Positions 29,886 to 39,692 of a DNA stretch of 64,000 nucleotides are shown one piece after another; positions within the stretch are counted from its first letter, which is position 1, and the number at the start of each line of letters is the position of its first letter. The stretch is from an uncultured Rickettsiales bacterium. Lineage in GTDB: Bacteria > Pseudomonadota > Alphaproteobacteria > Micavibrionales > GCA-2720935. A program made the translations under genes and the position numbers. Below the pieces are notes generated by a model, which did not search any database, was not told the origin of the DNA, and was given only the letters and a program-made list of their open reading frames with translations. The DNA lies in NCBI GenBank assembly GCA_950054255.1, contig CATLOR010000003.1:121816-185815 (forward strand), in the 5' to 3' direction.

Positions 29886-32061
29886 TATAAAGATATCCAT
29901 TAAGGACGTATCTGATCTTGAGCGACAAAAACTCGCTATGAAAGATCCTCTTATAGAATGCTTAATTTTGCTTGCACAAGAGCAAGGACGCACCATCTCA
30001 ACATCAGCCCTGCTTGCAGGTTTCCCTCTTCCTCAAGATGGATCAATTGGTCCTGATCTTTTTATGCGCGCCGCGCAAAGATTAAACTTATCAGCGCGTA
30101 TTATAAAAAGACCGCTTAATACACTTGCTCGATCCCCTGCTCTCCCTTGTATTCTGGTGTTAAAAGATCAACAAGCTTGTATTTTAAAATCTTGTAAAAA
30201 TGGTGTCTTGGAAACAGTTTTCCCTGAAACACCGAACGCGCCTACAAACATGACTGTAGAGGAACTCGAAAAACTCTATATTGGTTACAGCTTTTTTGTA
30301 AAAGGTCAAATGGAGCTTGATAAAAGAACAGGCCCACCGCCTATTTTAGAGAAACAAAACTGGTTTTGGGGTGCTATAAAAAAACATAAACGCATCTATT
30401 ATGATGTTTTTATCGCTGCTTTTATTACGAATATCCTTGCCTTAGCAAACCCGATCTTCATCATGAATGTTTATGATCGTGTTCTTCCCAATAATGCTTT
30501 TGATACACTTTGGGGGTTATCGATTGGTGTTTTTGTCGCTTTCTTTTTTGATTTCTTACTCAAAAATCTGAAATCTCATTTCTTGGATGTCGCAGGGCGT
30601 AAAGCTGATATTCAAATTTCATCCTCTATTTTTGAGCGTATCTTGGGAATGAAAATGATTGCACGCCCCCCAAGTGCAGGGGCACTTGCTTCTCATGTTC
30701 GAGAATTTGAAACGCTACGTGATTTCTTTACCTCTGCAACACTTGTGAGCATCATTGACTTCCCTTTTATTCTACTTTTCATTGCTATTATTTGGATCAT
30801 CGGTGGTTCTCTTGCTTTTGTTCCTTTGGTAATTGTGGCTCTCGTTATCTTAGCAGGCTATCTATTACAAAAGCCGTTATCAAAAGTTATTCATGAAAAT
30901 ATTTATGAGAATTCATACAAAAACAGCCTCTTCATTGAAGCTGTGAGTGGCTTGGAAACAATCAAAGCACAAGCTGCAGAAGGTCACAAACAACGTAAAT
31001 GGGAAGAAGCTGTTGAACAAACGTCTTTAACAGGTATTAAAGCTCGTGCTATTTCCGCCTTAAGCGTCAATCTATCAACCTTCGCAGCCAACATCTCTTC
31101 TGTTGGGATTGTTATTCTAGGTGCTTATCTTATTGCTGATGGATCGTTATCAACAGGTGCTTTAATTGCTTGTATTATTCTCTCCAGCCGTATTATGGGG
31201 CCTTTAACCCAGATTGCAGCTCTTTTAACTAAATATAATCAATCAAAAACAGCCTTGGAACAATTAGAAGAGCTGATGTCTGCGCCCGTTGAGAAAGAAG
31301 TGGGTGAAACCCTGATTTCAAAAATGGTATTCAAAGGAGATATTTCTTTTAGAAATGTGTCTTTCCGCTACCCTGAACAACAATCTGACCTGTTAAAAAA
31401 TGTTTCTTTTTCGATCAAAGCTGGAGAAAGTATTGCCGTGATTGGGGCTGTTGGCTCAGGAAAAACCACCTTGCAACGCTTGCTTTTAAACATCTATCAG
31501 CCAAGTGATGGCTCTGTTGAAATTGATGGCCTTGATGTACGCCAAATCGAATATGCCGACTTAAGACGCAATATTGGTGTGACACAACAAGATTCTTATT
31601 TCTTTTATGGATCGGTTAAAGACAATATTAAATTTGGCTATGAATTCGTTTCTGATGAAGCTGTCTTAAGAGCCGCGGCCTTGTCTGGTGTGATGGATTT
31701 TATGAAACATTCACCTCACGGATTAGACACTCAAATCGGAGAACGTGCTGAACGCCTATCAGGAGGGCAAAAGCAAGCGATCTCAATTGCACGTGCACTT
31801 TTATATGATCCACCTATTATGATTTTAGATGAACCAACAACCGCGATGGATCCTGGTTCTGAGCGTCGCTTGATTACACGTTTAAAATCTATTTTAAAAA
31901 CAAAAACGACGATTTTAATTACTCATAAAGGCACATTACTTGATCTTGTTGATAAAGTCCTCCTTCTAGATCAAGGACATGTCATTGCTTTTGGGGATAA
32001 AGATGACGTCATAAAAAAGCTACAAGGACAACAATTTAAATCCAAAGAGAAAAAAGAATGA
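29860..32061 (+). CDS. Type I secretion ABC transporter permease/ATPase with N-terminal C39-like domain (LssB type)
   Basis: 733 aa. N-terminal DPLIECLILLAQEQGRTISTSALLAGFPL, a six-TM domain, Walker A GAVGSGKTT, signature LSGGQKQ, and Walker B ILDEPT. Confidence 0.85.
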   Translation: MMPIDQENNIKISIKDVSDLERQKLAMKDPLIECLILLAQEQGRTISTSALLAGFPLPQDGSIGPDLFMRAAQRLNLSARIIKRPLNTLARSPALPCILVLKDQQACILKSCKNGVLETVFPETPNAPTNMTVEELEKLYIGYSFFVKGQMELDKRTGPPPILEKQNWFWGAIKKHKRIYYDVFIAAFITNILALANPIFIMNVYDRVLPNNAFDTLWGLSIGVFVAFFFDFLLKNLKSHFLDVAGRKADIQISSSIFERILGMKMIARPPSAGALASHVREFETLRDFFTSATLVSIIDFPFILLFIAIIWIIGGSLAFVPLVIVALVILAGYLLQKPLSKVIHENIYENSYKNSLFIEAVSGLETIKAQAAEGHKQRKWEEAVEQTSLTGIKARAISALSVNLSTFAANISSVGIVILGAYLIADGSLSTGALIACIILSSRIMGPLTQIAALLTKYNQSKTALEQLEELMSAPVEKEVGETLISKMVFKGDISFRNVSFRYPEQQSDLLKNVSFSIKAGESIAVIGAVGSGKTTLQRLLLNIYQPSDGSVEIDGLDVRQIEYADLRRNIGVTQQDSYFFYGSVKDNIKFGYEFVSDEAVLRAAALSGVMDFMKHSPHGLDTQIGERAERLSGGQKQAISIARALLYDPPIMILDEPTTAMDPGSERRLITRLKSILKTKTTILITHKGTLLDLVDKVLLLDQGHVIAFGDKDDVIKKLQGQQFKSKEKKE

Positions 32062-33401
32062 TCAAATTTGATTGGCGTAATTTTAATCTAGGAACCCTAG
32101 ATTTAACACGGAAGAATGATGAAGAAATCATTCATGATGGTCATGCGCGCTGGACTGATCGTCTTCTCTTATACACATCTGGTGTTGTTCTCCTCTTCTT
32201 TATTATTTGGGCTAATTTCACAACGGTTGACGAACTCATTAGAGGAGAGGGTCAAGTCATCCCTTCTTCTGAAATTCAAATTGTTCAAAACCTTGAAGGT
32301 GGGATCGTAGAAGAATTTCTGGTCAATGAAAATGACGTTGTTGAACAAAATCAATTGCTTTTAAAAATGAGCAACATTCAATATAGCGCTGAATACCAGT
32401 CACAGCTCTCTCTGTATTTAAACCTTCAGGCAAAATTAGTACGTTTAAAAGCAGAAGCAGAGAGAAAAGAACCGCTCTTCCCAGAAGATCTATTGCGTCT
32501 TGCCCCTGATATCGTTCAACGTGAAATTGAGGCATTCAAATCAAATGTCGCCAGTTTTATAGGACGAAAAACTGTTCTAGAAAAACAACTTGAGCAAAAA
32601 CAACAGCAAGTTAAAGAAGTCGACGAACGTTTAAGAGGATTAACAAAACTGTTGGCGCTCAGCAAAGAAGAGCTTGCAATGATGCAGCCTCTCTTTGAAA
32701 CGGGTTCTGTTTCAAGACGCGATTTAATTGCCTTAGAAGGTAAAGTAACAGAGCATCAAACATCTTATAATAACCTTAAAATTGAAAAAGAAAGAACAAA
32801 AGCAGCGGTTCATGAGGCTCAACAAAAGCTTTTCGAATTAACCAACTCTTACACGGCGCAAACACGAGAAGAATTAAACAGTGTTTCAAGCGAGGTTGAA
32901 AGCCTTAAAAAAGCACTTACCGCTTATCGTGACAGAGAAAGAAGAACTGAAGTCAGATCCCCTGTTCATGGTATTGTAAAAGACATTAAAATCAAAACCA
33001 TTGGTGGCGTCGTCCAGCCTGGTGAGCCTTTGATAGAAGTCGTTCCTTTAGAAGATCAACTCATTGTTGAAGCCTCTGTGTCCCCTTCTGATATCGCCTT
33101 CTTAAAGCCTAACATGACCGCCAAAATAAAGCTCACAGCCTATGATTATACAATTTATGGAAGCCTCGATGGCGAAGTCATCGAAATCAGCGCTGATACA
33201 TTGAAAAATCATGATGGAGCTTCCTTCTATCGCGTCAAAGTCAAAAGTAATGAACAAGCTCTCACTTACGAAGGCAAACGCCTAGAAATCATCCCTGGTA
33301 TGGTTGCGCAAATTGATATCTTAACAGGTAAGAAAACCATTATGAGCTACTTATTAAAGCCATTTAAAAAGACATTTGATAACGCTTTCCACGAAAGATA
33401 A
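32058..33401 (+). CDS. HlyD-family type I secretion membrane fusion protein
   Basis: 447 aa. Single N-terminal TM, long coiled-coil and C-terminal beta-barrel region. Overlaps the ABC gene by 4 nt. Confidence 0.85.
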   Translation: MIKFDWRNFNLGTLDLTRKNDEEIIHDGHARWTDRLLLYTSGVVLLFFIIWANFTTVDELIRGEGQVIPSSEIQIVQNLEGGIVEEFLVNENDVVEQNQLLLKMSNIQYSAEYQSQLSLYLNLQAKLVRLKAEAERKEPLFPEDLLRLAPDIVQREIEAFKSNVASFIGRKTVLEKQLEQKQQQVKEVDERLRGLTKLLALSKEELAMMQPLFETGSVSRRDLIALEGKVTEHQTSYNNLKIEKERTKAAVHEAQQKLFELTNSYTAQTREELNSVSSEVESLKKALTAYRDRERRTEVRSPVHGIVKDIKIKTIGGVVQPGEPLIEVVPLEDQLIVEASVSPSDIAFLKPNMTAKIKLTAYDYTIYGSLDGEVIEISADTLKNHDGASFYRVKVKSNEQALTYEGKRLEIIPGMVAQIDILTGKKTIMSYLLKPFKKTFDNAFHER

Positions 33402-33501
33402 GAGCATTTCTTTTCATTTATTATTTTGATAAAGTATTATTTAAATCTAAAGTAAATGATGTTATGATGAAAATAATCAACCTTTTAAGGCAGACGTTAT
33501 T

Positions 33502-33975
33502 TTGTTTAAAAACAAATTAAAAACACTCTTATTCGCACTCACCTTAACACTTTCGACAACAGTGTTGAGCGTGCAGTCTATGGCGCAAAACTTAAACTGC
33601 GTCCAGCCGCTCCTTTTTGGAGAGATTGCCCGCTGTGGCAGTACAGGAACGGTAACGATCCACCCTGATGGGACATACACATCCTCGTGTGTTGATGTTG
33701 TTTTCCCACCAACAGAGGCCTTATGTGTCGTAACACAGTTTTTAGGGTTGCAAAATATCGTGATAAGCGTTGATACAACGAGCGTTTCTATTTCAAATGG
33801 CTCTGACAATATGACTGTGGATGATTTTAATATTGTTTCAAACGGCAACGGCCCAACTTTTGTGACAAATTCAACAAATACAGAAGTGCCAATTGGTGCA
33901 ACGGTTACACTTTCCTCATCTCAAGGTGCAGGTAACTATTCTGGGACTTTTACCATATCCGCCAACTACGAATAA
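33502..33975 (+). CDS. DUF4402/spore-coat-U-like secreted protein, third paralogue
   Basis: TTG start, signal peptide MFKNKLKTLLFALTLTLSTTVLSVQSMA, LLFGEI motif, and C-terminal GNYSGTFTISANYE. Confidence 0.55.
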   Translation: MFKNKLKTLLFALTLTLSTTVLSVQSMAQNLNCVQPLLFGEIARCGSTGTVTIHPDGTYTSSCVDVVFPPTEALCVVTQFLGLQNIVISVDTTSVSISNGSDNMTVDDFNIVSNGNGPTFVTNSTNTEVPIGATVTLSSSQGAGNYSGTFTISANYE

Positions 33976-33978
33976 TAT

Positions 33979-33992
33979 TTGACAAAAGTCAA
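33979..33992. promoter_or_regulatory. FixK/FNR-like palindrome TTGACAAAAGTCAA
   Basis: TTGA-N6-TCAA read in the sequence, centred about 113 bp upstream of the RTX-like gene ATG. Confidence 0.35.
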
Positions 33993-34098
33993 AAATATTA
34001 ATTCTAACTTAACCTGAATATAGTATTATCTATTATATGTAGAAGTGTATCTACATACACCCGAATTGCGGGAGAATACAGAGGAAAGATTATAAATA

Positions 34099-37000
34099 AT
34101 GGCAGGAGCTTTTCATTTGTCATTTGCGGCGTTAGCAGATGTCAATGGGTCCAACCCAATCAGTCTTGAAGTTGTAGTCAACGGTGTCGTCTTGGCAACC
34201 GTATCCCCTCTTGATGGTTCTAACAATTTCGAACTTCTTTTAGATTATTCAGGTCTTCAGCCCTCATCTGTTTCTTTCCGATTTGCCTCTGGATCAGGAA
34301 ATAGCGGTGATAGCGTTACATTTACCGATGTTGAGATCAATCGAAATGACCTAAATACGAGCACTGAACTAAGCTCTTCTTCTATCTCTGTTGGACAAAG
34401 CGCCCTTTTAACACTCACATCTTCTGATTTTTATTCTACGCCTCCCACATTAGGGGCTGCGACTATTTCAGGAACAGCAAGTGATGATGAAACCCTCAAT
34501 GGGGGTAAACTCGCCGATATTATTGATGGGATGGCTGGTGATGACCGCATTCGTGGACGCGCTGGCTCAGATGAAATCACTGGCGGTGATGGAAATGATT
34601 TAATTTTCGGAGAAGATGGCGATGACACCATTCTTGGTGGTGATGGGAATGATACGCTGTTTGGTAATAATAACGATGATATCCTCTATGGTGAAGACGG
34701 GAATGACAACCTCATTGGAGGTGATGGTGATGATATTCTGGTCGGTGGGAATGGCACAGATTTTATCCTAGGGAATGCTGGAAATGACATTCTATTTGGT
34801 GATGAAGGCAATGATATGCTCATTGGAGATACAGGCGACGATATTTTAATCGGTGGTATTGGTGATGATCTTCTTATTGGTGGTTCAGGTGATGATGCTA
34901 TTTCAGGTGGTGATGGCAATGATCAAGTATTGGGCGATGATGGCAATGACTTAATTGACACTGGTGCGGGCGATGACCAAATTCTTGGCGGCGCTGGAAA
35001 TGACACAATTGCTTCTGGTACTGGGGAAGATATCATCTTTGCTGGAAGCGGTAATGATGAAATCTATTCTGGCGATGATGACGATACCGTTTATGGCGAA
35101 GATGGCAATGATGTCATTTATGGCGAAGATGGCGTTGATATCATTCATGGTGGCGGCGGATCAGACACAATTTATGGCGGTGAAGGCAATGATATTATAC
35201 ATGGTCACGGATTAGACTATGACGGCATTTTCTCTCTTCTCGCGGCTAATCCTAATGTTTCTTATTCTCTCGAAACAGGCAGTTTTTATCAATATGTGAA
35301 TACAGGTGGCTTTATAACACATGACGCCGCACAGACTGCTGCTGAGAGTGCGACATTAAATGGTATGAATGGACATTTAACCGTAATCACGTCGCAGTCA
35401 GAACAAGACTTCCTTGACGGCATATGGGATAATGCAAATGCTTGGATTGCTGGATCAGATAGCGCAATCGAAGGCACATGGGCTTGGGACACAGGGATTG
35501 AAACAGGAATCTATTTCAGTAACAGCTCGGGCAGCTCTCTTTTCAATATGTATGAAAACTGGCAATCAGGTCAGCCTGATGGCGGTGCTTCAGAAAATCA
35601 AATTTATATGCTTAATAGTGGCGGTTCTGTTTGGGCTGATCGCGGAGCAAGTGCTTCAGGCGTAACAGGCTATTTCATTGAATGGGAAGCTGGGGCTATG
35701 TCTGATGATTTAGGGGCAGACGTGATCGATGGCGGTAATGGAAATGACATTATATATAGTTATGGCGGCAATGACACAATAACGGGCGGCGCTGGTGATG
35801 ACTTTATTAGTGCGGGTGATGGCAATAACGATATCGATGGTGGCTTTGGTGTAAGCGTTATCTCAGCTGGTGATGGTAATAACACGATCGTCACAAGTAC
35901 CCAAGCCGATTTTATTTATGTAGGGACAGGGACAAATACAATTGATGCTAATTCTGGTAACAATGTTATTTATTCTGGTGATGGCGCAGACACAATCGAT
36001 ACTGGCAATGGTGATGATTATATAAGTGCAGGTGGCGGTAATAACATCATTGATGCGAGCACTGGAAATAATACAATTTATACAGGTACTGGGAGCAGTA
36101 CAATTACTACAGGAAACGGTATTGATTATATTGAGGCTGGTGACGGGAATAATAATATCAATGCCGGAGATGGTGACAACACAATTTACTCGGGTAATGG
36201 AGATAGCACTATTACTACAGGCACTGGTATAGATTATATAGATGTTGGTGACGGTGACCACACAATTAATGCCGGCACGGGGAATAATACAATTTACGCA
36301 GGAACAGGTATCAACGACATTACGACCGGTGATGGTATTGATTATATCGAAGCTGCAGATGGAACAAATACAATTGATGCTGGAAATGGCAATAATGACA
36401 TCTATTCAGGCTCTGGCGATGATACAATTGATGCTGGCACAGGTGATGACTATATCGAGGCTGGTGATGGCGACAACACCATTAATGCGAGCAGCGGTCA
36501 AAATGAAATCTATAGCGGTTCAGGACATGATAACATCACAGCCGGTAATGGAAGTGACTATATCGAAGCTGGCGATGGGAATAACACAATTAATGCAGGC
36601 ACTGGCGAAAATGAAATTTACAGTGGCGAAGGTAATGACCTCATCACGACTGGTGACTCAAATGATTATATTGAAGCTGGAAACGGAAACAACACGATTA
36701 CCGCTGGGGCTGGAGAAAATGAGATTTACTCAGGTTCAGGCTTAGACATTATCACAACAGGAAACAGCAATGATATTATCGACGCTGGCGATGGCGACAA
36801 CGAGATTGAAGCTGGAGCTGGCACAAATATAATTACAACAGGCTCAGGCAATGATGACATTGATACGGGTGATGGCAATGACACCATCAATGCCGGTGAT
36901 GGAAATAATACAATCATCGCTGGAGCTGGCACGAACTTTATCTATTCGGGTGTTGGCAATGACAATATCTACACTGAAGACAATAATGACTATATCGAAG

Positions 37001-39111
37001 CTGGTGATGGTGACAATGATATTAGTGCTGGTGGTGGTACAAACGAGATTTATTCTGGTGCTGGTAATGACACGATTGATACAGGAAACAATAATGACAC
37101 GATTGATGCTGGGAACGGGAATAACACAATTAATGCTGGTGATGGACTAAATGATATTACATCAGGCTCAGGTAATGACATTATTAATACCGGGTCAGGT
37201 AATGATACGATTGAGGCTGGTGATGGTGATAATCAAATAAATGCCGGTGCGGGTCAAAACGAGATTTATTCCGGTTCTGGAAGTGACACAATCGATACAG
37301 GTGATGGGAATGATTACATTGAATCTGGCAATGGTGGTGACACTATTAATGCAGGCAATGGACAGAACCAAATCTATACAGGAAGCGGATCAGACACAAT
37401 TACAAGTGGCTTAGGAAACGATACGATTGAAACTGGTGATGGTGATGATTTTGTCGATGCTGGCTTTGGCAATGATACCGTTGCTGCGGGAGCAGGAAAT
37501 GACACAATCACCTATGAAAATGCAAGCTCTGCGGTAACTGTCGATTTAAATGTCACAACGATGCAAAACACAGGTGGGTATGGACAAGACACCATTAGTG
37601 GCTTCGAAAATATTATTGGCTCAATTTATAATGACATTTTAACTGGAACAGCCGTTGCTAATATTATCTATGGACTTGACGGTGACGATACAATTAATGC
37701 GGGCAATGGAAATAATACAATTTATGGTGGATCAGGGACAAATAATGTGATTTCTGGTACAGGAGATGACTTTATTAATACTGGAAATAATTCAGATACC
37801 ATTAATGCTGGTGATGGTGATAACACAATCGAAGCTGGCAATGGCACAAATAATATAACATCTGGCTCAGGCAATGATAACATCACTTCTGGAAGTGGTG
37901 GTGATACAATCGTCGCGGGGGATGGAAATAATACAATCGAAGCGGGCTCTGGCGCGAATAACATTACTTCTGGCTCTGGCAATGATGACATCACTTCTGG
38001 TAATGCAAATGATATTATCGACGCAGGTGATGGAAATAACACAATCGCTGCAGGTAACGGCACGAATAACATTACATCAGGTAGCGGTAATGACGACATT
38101 ACCACTGGAAACGGAAATGATACAATCACAGCCGGTGATGGAGATAACACAATCGTTGCTGGAAACGGAACAAATATCATCACAACAGGATCTGGCACAG
38201 ATATTATAACATCTGGTAGTGGCAATGATACAATTGTTACAGGAAATGGCGATGATACGATCACCAGTGGGGCTGGCAATGATACAATTACCGTTGGTAC
38301 ACAAACAGTACCTGTTGTAAACGCAACAACATTTACAGAAGATTTCGGTTTCTTCCAAGGTGGTAACGGAACCATTATTGAATTAGGAGATGATATCGGG
38401 ATCACGATTGATGGGAACTTATGGACGAGATCTCTTTTTGATTACACAATCACCGCGAATACTGTCATTGAGTTTGATTTTAGAAGCACCCTTCAATCTG
38501 AAATCTCCGCAATTGGGTTTGCCGATGATGATGGCAACAATTATGGGCAAATGTTTAATATATATGGTACTGAGGACAGAGCCTATGCCGATGAGTTTGC
38601 CTATGACGGCTCTGGGAATTGGACTCATTACGAAATCAATGTAGGTGCATATTACACAGGCACATATTCTAGATTATTTATCGTCAATGATGATGATGGC
38701 ATTTTTAGCACAGATGGTAACAGCTCATGGAAAAATATTATAATTCATGAAGGTGATTCAGGTGATAGCATTATCAATGCGGGTACTGGCCTAGATACAA
38801 TCTATGCTGATGGTGGTATGGATACTTTTATCTTCGACAATATAAATAATACAGATGTCATTCATAATTATAATGCCCAAGATGGCGATGTCCTTGATAT
38901 CTCTGATATTCTTATCGGATATACAGGATCTTCGGATATCAATGACTTTGTGAATTTCACAAATTCTGGCAATGAACATACAATTATGTCTGTTGATGTC
39001 GATGGAACAGTTGGCGGTGCTAACTTTGTTAATATCGCAGAACTACGTGGACAGGCAGACATGCTGGATGAAACAACCCTTCTTGCAAATGGCAATATTG
39101 TTGTCTTTTAA
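34099..39111 (+). CDS. Giant secreted RTX-like repeat protein with embedded C-type-lectin-like domain and T1SS C-terminal target domain
   Basis: 1670 aa. Classical GGxGxDxUx repeats occupy about 34500-35210. A CTLD-like segment at 35281-35690 contains WIAGSD..EGTWAWDTG..WQSGQPDG..VWAD. About 90 variant nonapeptides occupy about 35710-38295. The C-terminal GDVLDISDIL..VDVDG..LLANGNIVVF resembles the VC_A0849-class T1SS signal. Confidence 0.85.
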   Translation: MAGAFHLSFAALADVNGSNPISLEVVVNGVVLATVSPLDGSNNFELLLDYSGLQPSSVSFRFASGSGNSGDSVTFTDVEINRNDLNTSTELSSSSISVGQSALLTLTSSDFYSTPPTLGAATISGTASDDETLNGGKLADIIDGMAGDDRIRGRAGSDEITGGDGNDLIFGEDGDDTILGGDGNDTLFGNNNDDILYGEDGNDNLIGGDGDDILVGGNGTDFILGNAGNDILFGDEGNDMLIGDTGDDILIGGIGDDLLIGGSGDDAISGGDGNDQVLGDDGNDLIDTGAGDDQILGGAGNDTIASGTGEDIIFAGSGNDEIYSGDDDDTVYGEDGNDVIYGEDGVDIIHGGGGSDTIYGGEGNDIIHGHGLDYDGIFSLLAANPNVSYSLETGSFYQYVNTGGFITHDAAQTAAESATLNGMNGHLTVITSQSEQDFLDGIWDNANAWIAGSDSAIEGTWAWDTGIETGIYFSNSSGSSLFNMYENWQSGQPDGGASENQIYMLNSGGSVWADRGASASGVTGYFIEWEAGAMSDDLGADVIDGGNGNDIIYSYGGNDTITGGAGDDFISAGDGNNDIDGGFGVSVISAGDGNNTIVTSTQADFIYVGTGTNTIDANSGNNVIYSGDGADTIDTGNGDDYISAGGGNNIIDASTGNNTIYTGTGSSTITTGNGIDYIEAGDGNNNINAGDGDNTIYSGNGDSTITTGTGIDYIDVGDGDHTINAGTGNNTIYAGTGINDITTGDGIDYIEAADGTNTIDAGNGNNDIYSGSGDDTIDAGTGDDYIEAGDGDNTINASSGQNEIYSGSGHDNITAGNGSDYIEAGDGNNTINAGTGENEIYSGEGNDLITTGDSNDYIEAGNGNNTITAGAGENEIYSGSGLDIITTGNSNDIIDAGDGDNEIEAGAGTNIITTGSGNDDIDTGDGNDTINAGDGNNTIIAGAGTNFIYSGVGNDNIYTEDNNDYIEAGDGDNDISAGGGTNEIYSGAGNDTIDTGNNNDTIDAGNGNNTINAGDGLNDITSGSGNDIINTGSGNDTIEAGDGDNQINAGAGQNEIYSGSGSDTIDTGDGNDYIESGNGGDTINAGNGQNQIYTGSGSDTITSGLGNDTIETGDGDDFVDAGFGNDTVAAGAGNDTITYENASSAVTVDLNVTTMQNTGGYGQDTISGFENIIGSIYNDILTGTAVANIIYGLDGDDTINAGNGNNTIYGGSGTNNVISGTGDDFINTGNNSDTINAGDGDNTIEAGNGTNNITSGSGNDNITSGSGGDTIVAGDGNNTIEAGSGANNITSGSGNDDITSGNANDIIDAGDGNNTIAAGNGTNNITSGSGNDDITTGNGNDTITAGDGDNTIVAGNGTNIITTGSGTDIITSGSGNDTIVTGNGDDTITSGAGNDTITVGTQTVPVVNATTFTEDFGFFQGGNGTIIELGDDIGITIDGNLWTRSLFDYTITANTVIEFDFRSTLQSEISAIGFADDDGNNYGQMFNIYGTEDRAYADEFAYDGSGNWTHYEINVGAYYTGTYSRLFIVNDDDGIFSTDGNSSWKNIIIHEGDSGDSIINAGTGLDTIYADGGMDTFIFDNINNTDVIHNYNAQDGDVLDISDILIGYTGSSDINDFVNFTNSGNEHTIMSVDVDGTVGGANFVNIAELRGQADMLDETTLLANGNIVVF
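35710..38295 (+). repeat. Intragenic array of 27-nt (nonapeptide) repeats, consensus I-x-(A/S/T)-G-x-G-x-(N/D)-x
   Basis: Visible 9-aa periodicity in the translation (IDAGNGNNDIYSGSGDDTIDAGTGDDYIEAGDGDNT...). It is interrupted at about 37500-37690. Confidence 0.85.
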
Positions 39112-39135
39112 AATAAGCCTATCCCGATACAAAGG

Positions 39136-39588
39136 TTAACTTGTTAAGCGACGCAGCCTCTCAATTTCTTCTTCTTTCTTTTCAAGCTCACGGATCAAAT
39201 CATCACGATCTTTCAAGTAATTATAAACACTCTCTAAAGCTTCGATACGTAATACATAGCGCCATGTATAAAAATTTAATCCCGCTAAAAACACCATATA
39301 CAGCCTCCATGCAGGCCAAATTGATTCAAGAATAACCCACAAGTAACCACAACACGCACAGAAGATAAAGATCCATTTCAAATCATTAAGCGCTTGCTTT
39401 GCCTGACTTTCAGGTGCAGAGGCTGCCGCCTTGTACCAGCGATAAGCAATGATTAAATAGCCAGTAAAAACGCCCAGACACAATAAAATAGCAATCGTTA
39501 TACTCACCAAGTCATGATCCATACAATGAATCAAGTTATGATAGTTATAATGTTCGCCACCTGTAAACCATTTAAAAAAACTATCCAT
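39136..39588 (-). CDS. Hypothetical membrane protein with C-terminal coiled-coil
   Basis: 150 aa. About 3 TM segments, then DDLIRELEKKEEEIERLRRL. Confidence 0.35.
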   Translation of the reverse strand: MDSFFKWFTGGEHYNYHNLIHCMDHDLVSITIAILLCLGVFTGYLIIAYRWYKAAASAPESQAKQALNDLKWIFIFCACCGYLWVILESIWPAWRLYMVFLAGLNFYTWRYVLRIEALESVYNYLKDRDDLIRELEKKEEEIERLRRLTS

Positions 39589-39692
39589 CTTTTACTTACC
39601 TTTTATACTTTTATTGATACAATTAACTCTTTAAATAATAATTACTGATTAATTATTAGCACAACGAAACAAGGTAAGCTATAAATTTGACT

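Noticed and set aside
35710-38295. Highly periodic DNA that might be mistaken for a CRISPR array or a satellite.
   Set aside because: The period is 27/54 nt, with degenerate in-frame coding repeats and no unique spacers. It lies entirely within one ORF.
34431-39095. Many 60-230 aa ORFs on both strands inside the RTX-like gene (for example 37722-38405 minus, 36242-36745 plus).
   Set aside because: They are low-complexity translations (runs of S/P/I/V or M/T/L/Q) of the periodic GGNGAYAAY repeat DNA in other frames. The long plus-frame ORF with coherent RTX, CTLD and T1SS-signal architecture explains the region.
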